Below are positions 1-13,003 of a stretch of 64,000 nucleotides of DNA, one piece after another. Position 1 is the first letter of the stretch. Each line of letters begins with the position of its first letter. The notes below the pieces were generated by a model that worked only from the letters and a program-made list of their open reading frames with translations, searched no databases and was not told the DNA's origin. Made by a program: the position numbers and the translations under genes. This stretch comes from Takakia lepidozioides (lineage: Eukaryota; Plantae; Bryophyta): positions 80,972,001-81,036,000 of the forward strand of contig CM060732.1 in NCBI GenBank assembly GCA_030704615.1. Reading direction: 5' to 3'.

Positions 1-1500
1 GATATCTTCAGGCTTTCAATGTGCTGTTGTTCAAAGTCGCGGATATGGCAGAACCAAAAATAGTCTTCAACTTTGTGGCGGGACTGGCCCCATGGTCCAG
101 GCGGAAGTTGGAGGAGAAGCCACCTAAGACTTTGAACGAGGCAATTGAAAGGGCTGAATGTTTCTCGGATGTCCCTATGGGCGAAAGACAAGGCCGTACG
201 GAGCTGAACCACAAGAAGACCCGGCGGGAGGGTGACTCCTTCCGACCGGAAAAGAAGTGGCATAGGCTACGCGGCGACAATGGCACATGAAAATCGAAGG
301 GAGGGCCTTCACATGTCAAGGCGGCACCCGGTGCTCCGAAAGGAAAATCAGGTGCGGCGGCTTATGGCGGACAGAAGGCAACCTTCGATGGAGTGTGCTT
401 TAATTGCAAGGAGCCCGGGCACATGGCCAAGAAGTACGCAAAACCCCGACAATTGATCATGACTCGGGCGACCACGGAGCTGTCCGAAGATTCCATCAGT
501 CGCTTGGTGGAAGCGGTGGTTGCCAAGACTTGCAAGGTAGGAAACTACTCTTGTGAGTTGTATCAGGAGACTGGCCCCTTGCGTAAAGGGAGTCAGTTAA
601 TGTTTGTGATTGAGATAATTTCCGGAACTAACGTTTGGTGGACACAGGAGCGTCGCACTCCTTCATGACACCGGCAACAACACGGAAGTTGGGGCTCCCG
701 ACAAGTGATGTGGGGGCCTCTATTGAAGTGCGTTCTGCCAAAGGAGAACCACAACTGACGACGAGGTTGGCGTTCGATGTTCATCTTCAGCTGGGGAGTT
801 GGGAAGGACATGAGAACTTCACCATTTGCGAGATCGATGGAGTGGATCTCATTTTGGGGATGACCTTTTTCAGCAAATCCGGAGCGGTCATAGATGGCCG
901 CAAGAAAATAGTCATGCTACCGTGTAGGAATGGTGGCAAGGTTTTACGGGTATCGGAAACGTCCAACCGAGTGGGAGGGCGAATAAACCTGTTGTTAGCA
1001 AAAGAGTGGGCCGTGGAGGAGCCACACGAGCCCCAGTTTTTGCTTTACGTAAGACAAGTGGAAGGAGAAGTCGATAGGGAGCCGAGCCCAGATTGAATCA
1101 AGGGGATCTTGGAGAAATACCAGGATGTGATGCCAGAGGATTTACCAAGCGGCTTGCCACCGCGAAGAGGAGTTGACCACAAGATTGAGGTGATACCGGG
1201 ATCGGAGCTGCCTGCCAAGGCGCCCTACCGGTTGAGCCACAGAGAGTTGGTCGAGCTGAAGGCTCAGCTCAAGGATCTAATGTCAAAGGGGTACATCCGG
1301 CCGAGTAAGTCATCTTACAGAGCCCCGGTGCTATTCGCAGACAAGAAGGCTAGGACGTTGCAGATGTGTGTCGATTACAGGACTCTGAATAAGGTGACTA
1401 TAAAAAACCGTTACCCTTTGTCAAGGATCGACGACCTCTTCGATCGGTTGGAAGGAGCAAAGTATTTCAGCCGGATCAATTTGCGTTGAAGTTACCATAA
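1..1500 (+). mobile_element. Degenerate Ty3/Gypsy LTR retrotransposon internal region (gag, zinc knuckle, aspartic protease, N-terminal RT), truncated at ~1500
   Basis: Gag-like FNFVAGL..PKTLNEAIERAE; knuckle CFNCKEPGHMAKKY (~393-440); protease VDTGASHSF...DLILGM (635-1096); [42 protein letters not shown] (1109-1489). Contains frameshifts and stops. Confidence 0.93.
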
Positions 1501-1744
1501 AATCCCAGGGATGCCTCGGCGTGAGCCTGGTCACATGAGCACGTGAGCGCAACTGCGCTCATGCCACGTCACCTTGCGCCAATGCCACATCACGGGGCTC
1601 ACTCCACGTCATCATACTTGAAGACCGCGTCACCACGCGCCCAGGAAGAAGTGGAGTGTATTCCCGCAGATTGGCACCCTTTACCGCGGAAACAAGCTGG
1701 ACGACATAATAAAAGGCACTGGTCATTCCCACCTGAAAGCAACA

Positions 1745-2110
1745 GATGAATAAAGGATGGATGAATGTACAGTTGGATGATAAACAGATGGATGAGTGTG
1801 AAAAATGAATGTAGATGGATGAATGAGGGATGGATAAGAGTCAAATGGATGAATGTATAATGGATGTTGAGCAATGGAAAACATTCATGACAGGAAAATG
1901 CATGACTAAAACTTTAGACGAATGCACAACGTATATGACATGAGTGTGGTAGGTTTGTGGGGTGGATTAAAGAGTACAGAGGATGAATGTACAATGGATG
2001 CTGAACAAAGGAAAACATTCATGAATGGAGCACGCATGAATACACTGTAGATGAAAGCACAATGGATATGACAAGAGTGAGGGAGGTTTGTGAGATGGAT
2101 TCATACATAT
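1745..2110. repeat. Degenerate GGATGAAT-rich low-complexity tandem repeat, probably LTR-derived
   Basis: Repeated ggatgaat/ggatggat motifs. Similar motif density at ~57325-57430. Confidence 0.5.
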
Positions 2111-2965
2111 TGCAATATAAATTGTAGTTGATTCTTTGATTATTTTTCTTTCCAAAATAACAACAACGGTGGAGGAAAGGGATTCAACGTTTTCCAAAGA
2201 GGATGAAACAGAATATTAAAATAACATAGTTCAGTCTGACTCGGAGTCAATACAATGTATCCCCGCTTCCTCTGCATCTAAGTCTAAGTATTTAAGAACT
2301 CCGGATTTACGCTGGCTACAACTACGGCCGGGCAGTAAAAGTCAGGGGATATGGACTCGGCCGCGTGAAGTGCCATTGCTTCGGCATAATCAGGAAGCAG
2401 AAAATTGGAAAGGGGGCTGTCGAAAACAGACTCGCCACAAATGACTGTATCTCCTGAAGATCCACCGCTGCCTTTCCTGAAAGACAGCCTGAAAAAGTTA
2501 TTACTGTAACTTTGATGTTATTGAGAAATTGAGTATGGCTCCCAAAATGGGTTTAGCACTTACTCACATGAAAAGTCGTTGTCGACTTGCTTATCTTCGG
2601 GATCGTCATCATTTCGAATTTGAATCCGATCAGTCTGTGTGCCTGAAGTGGAGCCAGACAAAAGGGGGAGGAACACTATGTTGTAGAGGTCAGAATCACA
2701 CTTTGAAGGACTTGAACATTTCGATTGTTTCCCCTCCCCAAATGTCATTGGAGGCATACATAAAGAAGTGGAGACGTCTCAACTGGAGATACTGTTTTTT
2801 CCGGGAGTTCTCCAAAGATGGTAACATTTTACGATCCAACGACTTTGACAGTTAGGTTGGAGGAGAGTGGGCCATGATGCGAGTTGTGTACAGGTGCAAT
2901 ATCATACTGAAAACTCTACTGCACTTTTTGGGAAATAATTTGGCTTCATAAGGATTGTAATCATA

Positions 2966-4420
2966 GATCCAAATTGAATGTCGTTGACGACATTCACTTC
3001 TTTGTCTGAGTCAATCTTAAGCGAGAATTTGAATTCACCTGGATTAGGAGCTTAGGGTGTATTTATAGTGTCCCTGATTAGAATTGATATTGTCCCTGAA
3101 TGGCGTTGACGACATTCACATCCAGAGTTGTAAAGAGGTCTTCAGAGTTATGTAAGTTTTTGTAATGTCCATAGAGTTTGCAGTGAGGGTTCCTCACTCC
3201 AGTTTGTTGAATGTCAATGCAGACATTCAGTTGTTCTGCAATGTTTTTGCCTGTTGCGAGAAATCTTGAGGCTTGATTAGCTGTGTTACCAGAGATCCAA
3301 AGTAAATGTCGTTGACGACATTCATTTCTATGTCTGTATCATTCACCAGCGACAATTTGAATTTACATGGATTAGGAGCTTAGGGTGTATTTATTGGTTC
3401 CTTGTTTGGAATTTTGTGAATGTTGTTGACGCCATTCACATCCAGTGTTATTATGAGGTCCTTAGTGTTATGTACGTTTTGAATATCCATTGAGTTTTTA
3501 GGGAGGGTTCCTTACTCGAGTTTCTGAATGTCGTTGCCGACATTCAGTTTCCATCCAATGATTTTGCCTCTTTTGAGAAATCATTAGGCTTGATTAGCAG
3601 TGTATTCACAAATCCAAAGTGAATGACATTGACGACATTCAATTCCCTGTTTAAGATCCTTTCCTCTCTGATCCTGTAGGCTTGGACCTCACAGTTTTCT
3701 GCACGATGCCATTCAAATCTGACTGAGTAATGTGCAAATAGTGAACGGTGGTAACGACCATCACTCTGTCTTGTCTCAACTCACAATGAATGGTGTGAAA
3801 CAAATTCAGAACCATCTACACAAGCAAAGCTGATCCTACCGAATTCAAAACAAAACACTATGATTCTAGGGACACAGGAATAGAAAGGTTTTGAGCAAGA
3901 GCGAACGGCGTTAACGACAAAAAGAGTGGGACCTACCGGATCGGTGTTGTGCAATGACATATATGTGTAAGTGATTGGCGGCAACGACATTCAGTATAGT
4001 TTAGGGCGGACAGTAAGTGCAGATTATTCAGATTGACTCCATTGTGATGAACGTCGCAAGCATTCACTGTTTCTTGTCTATGTCGAGAGTACTTTCCAAT
4101 CGATACTCTACCTGAATCTACAGTATGTTCTTCAAATATTTGATTGGCGGTACCGCCTTTCCACTTCTCTATCTGTTCAACCTCAAACAAAGAAAATACA
4201 TTGCAAAACAATATGACTGAATATGCCGACCCTCACTCTCTCTTCAAACACATAGATACATAAATCTCATGAGGAGAATCGAATGGCGTTAACGACGCTC
4301 GCAATTCAGAAGACTTCAATCACATGTTCCTACTAAAGAAGGGAAGAGGAAGGACTGCTTGAAAGGCAATCAGACAGACTGTATGATCTGAACAACAGTG
4401 AATGACGATACCGTCAGTCA
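2966..4420. repeat. Array of ~15 imperfect palindromic 22-mers (TGAATGTCGTTGACGACATTCA); left part forms a ~320-bp higher-order tandem repeat
   Basis: Motifs start at 2975, 3097, 3208, 3303, 3417, 3525, 3620, 3742, 3902, 3972, 4048, 4141, 4218, 4280 and 4399. The 2975-3302 and 3303-3619 blocks align (e.g. ggattaggagcttagggtgtatttat in both). Confidence 0.85.
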
Positions 4421-4435
4421 CATTTTTAGGATACC

Positions 4436-4478
<43 letters not shown>
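4436..4478. repeat. (TA)n(TG)n compound microsatellite
   Basis: Read directly from the sequence. Confidence 0.95.
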
Positions 4479-7249
4479 GAGAAAGGGACAAAGGCCCAGA
4501 CTTCAATAAATTGAAAAACAAGGAAAAAATAACATTGCAGACAAGCCATGAAAGCGAACAATGGATCCACTAGAACCTACTAACAGAAAGTACCAAGGGT
4601 TGGTCCTAGCAAAATCAGCAGCTACCCCACTTTCTTTTGTAAGGCCAGAAAGATAGATGAGCCTTTAAATTACCCTTCCTAAAGCTACATCTATCTTGTT
4701 TGACGTTTCATGTACATACTCAATTTGCTAATATGATGTCTTGCGGTTATGTTTTCTAGAGACATATCTTGCAGCCCTTGTTGCGGCCTACACAAAAATA
4801 AATCAAGCGTAAACTCGTGGAACCACTAAAGACTAGGCAAGAAGTCAAGGTCGGCGTGGCCGTATACACAATGAGTAAATAGGCATCAAGACAATCTTTA
4901 CAACAATGAACAAGGGTACAAGATATTAGAACATGACTTGAATACTGGAATGGTGGATACTAGAAACTGGGCTAAGGTACTGGGAGCCGGACTGGAGTAC
5001 TGGGGACTGGAAATTGTAGTGTGACTGTGTATATATATATATGTTTTTCCTTTGAGGTAATGCAGGTTTCACAAGCAACAATAAAGGTAGATTGGCAAGA
5101 CAATTGAGCTAGACATTGTACTAGACTCACAATGGCAGATGACATGTCATTGAGGAATCCGGAGTGTAAGACGAAGTGCTCAACAATACAAGGATAAATG
5201 AATTTTTTTGACAAGTGAATTCCACAAACTATGGGACCATCGGCAAACTTCCCAATGTTCCACGATCCTCATTCTTCCAAATGATAGCAATAGGTTATTA
5301 TTCCTTTGTTTTTTGAAAAACCTTTCAAATTGAATAGCAATTGTCACGCCACTCACAATTATTTGTACAACGACTTTAAGTGAATTATATGCCAAAATTT
5401 CAAAATTGTTGATCCGATAAATTTGTCTATGAACACTTCAACTACATTTGGAACATGATCGTAAGTGATATCAATTCTCCATTCAGGCATAATTTCACTA
5501 ATTTTCAATTGATTAAATATCTACGATCAATTATATTAACTATGGATCAATTGAGAGCACTGTTGGTCTGGTATATAAGCAAATAATTGGTGTATGCACT
5601 GGTACGTAAAGACCAGACCAATCTGTCATATTAATATGCTATACTTAAGGATATATAAGACTAGGCTGGTATAGACTTTTATATGCCAACCACCACACCA
5701 ATACTCCCCCATCATCTTCTCGTTTGCTTAAATTGGTATCAATATTCTATTTATGATATTAGTATTATATAAATAATTTATATAATTATGTATATATATA
5801 ATAGACTTTACAAAAAAATTGTTAAGTTTTCCGTTGGATACTTGATAAGTGATGAACTAATGACATTTGAATAAAACCAGCATTAATACCTGAGACCAGC
5901 TAGTATTGAAATCATGAATTCAACACTCATACACAAAATATATACTAGATTAATATGAATATTTTGTGAAACCTTTTGTACTCGTATTATTGTGATATGT
6001 CCTAAACGTGATGCCAGACCAACATTGACTACACATAATGTAGGTGACAAAATTAGAGAGTTAACAATATGACCAGTGACTTTGCTGTTTATTCCCACAA
6101 AAAGCTACCGATACTAGTGGCTTGACTGGAGCTTTTGGCTGGGCGCACTTGCTTCATATAATGGATGACATCCGATACGTGACTTTGAGCTAGCGAAGTC
6201 TGCTAATAGGATGGTCTTGTGCTTTAACCACTATGTTCTCTATTAATGGATGCTTCAACTTTAGAAACTTTTAAATTGTTGTTTATGTATTCCTTCATCA
6301 TGATAACCTAATAGATGCAGATTATATTAATCTATCTTGTCATTTTGATTTGTCATTATATGATGGTACAAACAACAAAATAGAATTACATATAGGATGA
6401 CCATTTAAAATGTTGGTTTATCATAATCTCCAAATCTTTTCTCAACGGATCAAAAGTTTGCTTACCATTTTTTTTAATGATGAATGTTTGAAATTAATCT
6501 CGTCATAAACAAGAGAGAGACACACATACTCCTTTAGATCATTACAACGCGTGTTAGGGACATGGTACACATGTATTTCAAGTAGATTGATGTTAAACAC
6601 AATTTTCTTGATTCATCTCCATCGAGCTCGACAAAGGTATAAACTCCAAAAGCATCATTGTACTATTTCCTAATAGCTCAGCTACAAACATTCACATGTT
6701 AATTACAAATCACAGAAAAGTTGGAAGACCTGCACATGCTCTTGTTCCACTCTCCCCAAAAAAAAGTTTGATATATATCGGGGTGTGGTTGCCCTACCGT
6801 ATGGTTGAATCAGCTCTATATTGTTTATTGAAAATCGCATTAACCAAAGTTGTTACCAGTTCTTCAAGTTTAAATACTATGTTTGTATTATGAAGATAGT
6901 TCCGTTTAAGCAAAGTAACTTCATAACAAGTATTTCATCATAGCTGAAAAAACTCAGAATTGAGACCATTTCTTTTCCATCTTCGTCCGGATGACATGCT
7001 TTGTCATGTATTAAAACCAAAAAAACATGAATATAAAGTGAGACTACTCGTCCTTTTCTTTCGGGGCTTCGATATTCAACATCCAAATTGATGCAAGTTA
7101 ATGAGGATACACATGGTGCGTACTAACATGTATCCACGCATGCTATATTAGTTGCTCTACCTATATTTATGGCAGTAGTGTCTGCGACATTTGCTGCCTT
7201 CCCACATCATGAGCTCATGATGTCGCCCATGAGCCCATGAGCCTACATC

Positions 7250-8390
7250 ATTGTGCACCACGCAGGACCAGGAGCAGAGAGAGCTATTAACATGGATTTG
7301 TTGGACTTCACTCCACTTATTGGCAGGTCTAATTTTACCTGCTTTAAAAGTTGGTTTATCTTGTTTTTCATTTTATCCGTTATTTTTACGCACGATGCAA
7401 TTTGCTCACTTGTATGCAAATTGAATGGTATTTTGGGCCATGTCGACGTGGGTGATAGCTGCCTCATCAGAGGCTATGTTGAAGCTTACAGCTATCCAGA
7501 CATTTATGCTCAGCCAACGGACTTGTTAATCAAGACCGTTAATGAAATTGTACTACACGACGACCTCAGGTGAAGATTGTTTTTCTAATTGGCTATTCAA
7601 TTTCACAAGCTTGTTTGCCATTCTTTGCAAATATGATTGCTAACATGTTTGCAAACCGTAGCCTTTTGCAACCCAGCAATTTCTTGAACCAGGGTGTAAT
7701 TGTTGCAAAGCTGGCAAGTGAAGAGTATATCTTGGAGGTTTCTAAGGTATGGTTTGTTGTGATTCTTTCAATTTATTTGAAATTCAAATTTTTGGCTTAA
7801 TCTTTGTGTTCATAGGGGTTAACAATAGCTCATAGATACATGTGCAGGTTATAGGTAAATGCAATTTTTATTCATCATACCCTCGCTTATGCAGATTTGG
7901 GAACATAACCTTGGGGAGAAAATGCCACTGTTTGAAGTTTGTTTGGACTGCAATCGAGAGGTCATGGACTTCGACGGGTGCGATGCATACGAGTTCGTGC
8001 CAGCTGAGGACAGAGATGTCGTCATCAAGTAAGTATCAAAATCATGGTTGCTTATGATTGTGTGAATTATTTCTATTATGTTTATTTTTCACGTCACTAA
8101 CAAAATAAGGCGAGTGGCTTGCATGTGGTCATTTCATTATCTTCTCCAGAACAAGGAGTTGAGCCGTATCATGTCCTTCAAGGCACAATGCACGCCCATG
8201 GATGACCTTAGTGATGATAGCTCAAGAGAAACAATGAACAATGTAAGGAGGGGACCAAGACACCGAAGTAAACTGCCCAGGGCTACCTACCAAAGTAGCT
8301 ATAACATAGCTCCATCTACAGTTGTAGATTCAATGTGCACAACACCTTTAACTGTTCACATTCTAGCCTTATTACGGTTCACGAACTAAA
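7250..8390 (+). pseudogene. Spliced gene fragment, possibly an OB-fold/RPA70-like TE-borne gene
   Basis: Exon-like blocks with GT/AG borders: ..HVDVGDSCLIRGYVE..LHDDLR|gtgaag; GVIVAKLASEEYILEVSK|gtatgg; cag|IWEHNLGEKMPLFEVCLDCNREV..|gtaagt. The family assignment is inference. Confidence 0.3.
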
Positions 8391-8501
8391 CAATAGGATA
8401 GGTTGTCTTTGCCTAGGCTGTGGAAATAATGTTAATCTCAAAATATATACCTCACTGTTCTAGATGACTTTGGCTTCATTTTGAACTTTCAGATATTTAC
8501 C

Positions 8502-9326
8502 TGCTGTGACGGTTGTGGCTTGTGGGGCTGTGACAGGCTATGATGAGCTGTGGCCTGTGGGGCTGTGATGGGCTGACTTGTGGGTTTGTGATGGGCTGTG
8601 ACGGGTTGTGGCTTGTGGGACTATGATGGGCTGTGATAGGCTGGGACGGTTGTGGCCTGTGGGGCTGTGACAGGTTGTGATGGGCTGTGGCCCGTGGGGC
8701 TGTAACATGTGGCCTGTGTGGGGCTGTGACGGCTTGACATGTGATCGGCGTGGGCCTGTGCTGGTCTGTGGTGGCCTGTGTTGACCTATGGATGGCCTGT
8801 GCTGACCCGTGGAGGCACTGATGGACTGCCCGAGGACTAGCATGTGGTCTTCAAGGCCAAATTTCGAAGCTCGTGGAGGGCGGTTTGAGGAGTATCTTCA
8901 TGATATTCCCATGGTCATGCAAGTGATGGAAGAGATGAGAAGAAGAGTGTCGGGATGAGGGCATGCTGGGGTTAGGCATTGCTCTAGCTTCTCTTCCAAG
9001 ATCATTTGGACCAGATTTGACAAAAATCATTTTTTTCGGACATCAGACATGAGACGACAACAGCTGCTTGCCCACCTATAATACACAGGCCACAACCATC
9101 ACAACCGGTCACAACCCATCACAGCCCTCCAGGCCACAGCCCCACAGGCCACAGATCACAGCCTGTCACAACCCTACACAAATCACAGGGTCACAGCCCC
9201 ATCACAGCCCCACAGGCCACATGTCACAGCCCGTCACAGCCCCATAGACCACAGGTCACAGCCTGTCACAGCCCTACACAGATCACAGGGTCACGGCCCC
9301 ACAGGCCACAGCCCGTCACAGCCCCA
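8502..9326. repeat. Inverted pair of minisatellite arrays (GCTGTGA/GGCCTGTGG left arm, TCACAGC/CCACAGGCC right arm)
   Basis: Left arm ~8502-8810 and right arm ~9085-9326 carry reverse-complementary units around a ~270-bp unique spacer. Confidence 0.85.
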
Positions 9327-9635
9327 TCCATGGCCGCTCATGGCAGTTTAGCCATTTCTCCAAGGGGTTTAGCCACGCCAAGCTAGGGTTCGTGTCTCTT
9401 AGACTCTAGGCTTCTTTGCACTGAGCTATGGCGGCTGTGAGGAAATCAGCAAGGTATTCTTGCTCACCTAATCCAGCCCCTGCACCTACTGCTTCAAGAG
9501 TTGTGCTCCCTTCAAGCTTGAAGTTGAAACCCCAACTCACATATGTCCTACAAGTGTTTTTCTTTCACCCCAAGTGGAAACTAGCCCTAGCCCTTCCATT
9601 CTAGCTCTCTAAAGCTTGAAAACAAGAGCCTCAAT

Positions 9636-9853
9636 GGGCTGAAGGCATGCTCCACACATGACCCACTCCACCATAAGAGAATCAGCTCCTTTGCTTCATT
9701 TCTTGCACCCACAAACATGAAAATACAAGCTTCAGCGGGCTGAAAGCATGCTCCACACATGCCCTACAGGGAAACCAACCCCTTCCTTCCTTTCTTGCAT
9801 CCCCAAACCTGAAAATACAAGCCTTCAACAGGCTGAAAGCATGCTCCACACAT
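9636..9853 (+). repeat. ~100-bp degenerate tandem repeat, 3 copies
   Basis: GGCTGAA(G/A)GCATGCTCCACACA at ~9637, ~9738 and ~9831. Confidence 0.75.
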
Positions 9854-10295
9854 ACATTGCCGTCACAAAAGGGAAGTCAGCCCTTCCCTCTCTTCTGCAC
9901 CATGGAAGCTCGTATTCAAGGACAGTTATCAAATTCGCCGCCAGAGCCACTATAACTTGCTCTTGACTGATCCCCTTCCCAATTGTGCTTGCTCATGCAT
10001 GTACACAATCTGAAACCATCAGGTGTTCTGGAATTACCTGCAACATGGTGCTTTCATCTCTGAAGCTGAAGATCGAATGCCAAGGTCTACCACCTCGTAA
10101 CCCACATCACCTCCACTCCTAACAACCAAGAGCTCCACGGTGCTCCTTGCATAACCTGGTTTCTCTCATTCTCAAGCGAAAACCACAAGTGCTACAACTA
10201 ATTCGTATCTGGCACTCACAGATATGAGCTGATCTTTCTCAAGTGATAAAGAAGAAGAATACAAGCACAAGCTCATGCAAGCTCACAAAGCCGAA

Positions 10296-10382
10296 GCACA
10301 CACACACACACACGCACACACGCACCCACCCGCACCCGCACACGCACACGCGCACGCACACACACACACACCCACACACGCG

Positions 10383-10416
<34 letters not shown>

Positions 10417-10480
10417 AAATTATGTGTATGTCTTCTTCATTCAAAAAATAAAATTATGTGTATGTCTTCTTCATTCAAAA
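10296..10480. repeat. (CA)n/(CG)n microsatellite followed by a 30-bp direct duplication
   Basis: CA/CG run at 10296-10416; aaattatgtgtatgtcttcttcattcaaaa occurs twice. Confidence 0.9.
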
Positions 10481-13003
10481 TATCCATCATTTTCAATCTT
10501 TGTCATTCATGACACAAGTTGCCTACTAAAGCCCGATGAATGGGAAGAAGAAATGACACAAAGAAAGAGATATACTCAACAAGTGATCATGAAAACCAAC
10601 TTCGAACAAGTGATGAAAATAAAAAATCAAGATTCGATCTCCTAACTTTCCACTTTGCACGAGATATATATAGATATAGAAGGGCCAACGAAGCTTCGAA
10701 GCCTGACCGTGACCTCCCTTTTTGGTTGAGGTTGGGTAGCGTGTGAGCATGCTTACGCTGCCATATTAGTTCGCCTATTTTGGGAGTAAATAAAAAGATA
10801 CCATGACAAAATAAAAATGTGCTCATTTCCTTTAGTGAGATACGAGCCCCCCCAAAAAGAAGTCTTTTGGCAAAAATTCACCAATAAACAAAACGTTGCA
10901 AGTCCCAAGTACCTATTATTCCTCGACTCAGTACTTTTAAATATATAATGGAAAAAATGGAATACAGACAATTGTTGTGTAGCGATGAATAGTCCATTAG
11001 TGATAAGCTGGTGACAATGAGAATAGTTATGAGGTGCAGGGTTCGATTCTTGATGGATTTTCCCTCGCTTGCATGAAGATCGGTTCCACTCTAGTGGCTA
11101 GGCAAAATACTCAAATGTGGCTTTTTGTCCACCTCCTTGTCCCTTTCATAGATGCCATGTCATAAGAGCCACCAAGAGTCCACTCTAGCCTTTTAGACAA
11201 GATTTTTAGACAAGCTTGGTGCAAGTGGACAATCAAACCATGTGTATCTTTCTCCTTTTTTGTTAATGATTTCTTCACAATGAGCTCTCTTTGCAGCGGT
11301 CGCTCTTCAAATTGGATTGTCGTGAAGGGCATGCGGGCTTTCGAGGTTCAAAACTTGTCATGGCTTCATAGTATAGGTGCAATGAGATGGAGCCAGGAGA
11401 AGGAGGTGAAGAGAGCTATCGAGAGGCCTTGTTAGATTTTGTGGAGTACCTACTTAGAGTTGAAGATTTGGGGCTTGCTTTTGCCATGGCCCCAAATTTG
11501 TTGTGCTTTGTCGGCTGAGGTGGCAAATATAGAGCGATGACAGGGCATGTTGGGGGAGTTGGACAAAGCCATGTCTGACAGCGTGTACTTAGTGGACAAA
11601 ACCTGATTCAATCAATTCGGGTGGCTAGTCTCGGCTTTACATTATTGCTAGTGTTCTCCTATTTTCACTTAGGTGTACTAAGTGCTCCACTAAGAACTAC
11701 TAAGTACTCCCCTAAGGGAGTTAGTAGCCCACTAAGTACACCCCAAAAGGGAGTACTAGCCTATACCCCAAGTGGCTCCTGTTCAATGAACTGGGCCACC
11801 ACCCTCCACATCATCATCAATGTTCCAATGATAATCTCTTGAGTGTCTTTTTCACTCTATTAAATGCACTAGGACGTCGAAAATCCAGCAAAGGTAGAGG
11901 GTAATAAGAACCAGCGTTTTTTATAAGAAATTTGGAAAACAGCACGCGTGGCTACAGAGTTCTGCCAAAAATAGCCGTACATTCTGTTCATCCACGTCTG
12001 TATTTATATCATCCATATTTGGCGAATTCATCCATAATTTCTTTTTATTTGGAGAAGTTTGGCAATTTCATCCATGAAAGAACAAGGAATTTTCAACAGA
12101 ATATTCCATTTTATTTCTTGAGGTTGACATCGGGCAATAAACTGCCAATAAAAAAAACGCTGATGTTGTGAGGGTGTTGTACTAAGAACAAGAAAATCAC
12201 CTATCACAAAGCACTACTCAACAATCCCCCCACTTTCCAAAATCACAAAAATGCCCTGGCCGGAGAGCCGTAATCCGGATGCGGAGCGGCATTGCGACGG
12301 ATTCCGCATCCGGATTCTAATCCAGGATGGGATATTCTGCTTGAGGAGGTCACTATATTTCCAAAGAGAAGTTTGGAGCAGTGCTTTTCCCAGCCTGTGG
12401 CAAGTGTGCTTTTCCCTTCTGAGAAAGATGGAATCACAGAAAAAAAGGGAGGGTAGTTTGGTAGTTTGGATAGGGTTAACTGTTGTGATTCCCTGCTGCC
12501 GCTGCACCGGGCTGTCAGCACCTGCAACTGCAATCCTACACGTGTGAACACGGCACCCTATTGGTGGAGACGCCCAGCTTGGGACCCGTCTTCCTTCTCC
12601 CAAACAGACAGTCTCGCTTTGCGTCAGATTTGGGTTTGCCTTCCTCTCTCTCTGGACTCTGCAGCTCTCAGCTTTGACTGTCTCTTGAAAGGTCCATTGC
12701 TTGTTTGGTTTCAGGAAAATACGTAGAAATCTCCTTGCTCTTGTTTCTAGTACGTGCCTCTCCCTCTCTGTCTTTCTCTCGTTGTGCCGGTATTCAATAT
12801 TGCTCTCCGATTTCGTGTTAAGTTTGAAGAATCATCTTCGTCTTTGAAAGATGGAGGATCATTGAGCTGCTGTTACCATCGTGTTTCGCCTTCGCTCCGT
12901 CTCTCTCTCCACTTCTTGTGGGGGTGTGGAGTGCTTTGTGCGCGTAATGCCGGTCTTCTGTCTCTTTCTCACAAAGTAGCGCAAGGGTCTGGCCTGGCAG
13001 AAG

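Noticed and set aside
2230-2900. Coding remnants between the LTR-like repeat and the palindrome array
   Set aside because: Short ORFs on both strands with stops and no recognisable motif.
2966-4420. CRISPR array
   Set aside because: Eukaryotic context, no cas genes, repeats degenerate, spacers long and variable and partly duplicated.
4700-5500. Possible transposase remnant
   Set aside because: Only short ORFs, with no DDE or other motif I could support.
8538-8843. 101-aa ORF on -
   Set aside because: Translation of the minisatellite; not evidence of a gene.
10243-10512. His/Thr-rich ORF
   Set aside because: Translation of the (CA)n microsatellite.
10992-11058. tRNA gene (B-box-like GGTTCGATTC)
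   Set aside because: No convincing cloverleaf or anticodon arm; at most a tRNA-derived relic.
11985-12035. Shared promoter motif with 47275-47305 (reverse complement)
   Set aside because: Similarity is short and gapped and could be chance.
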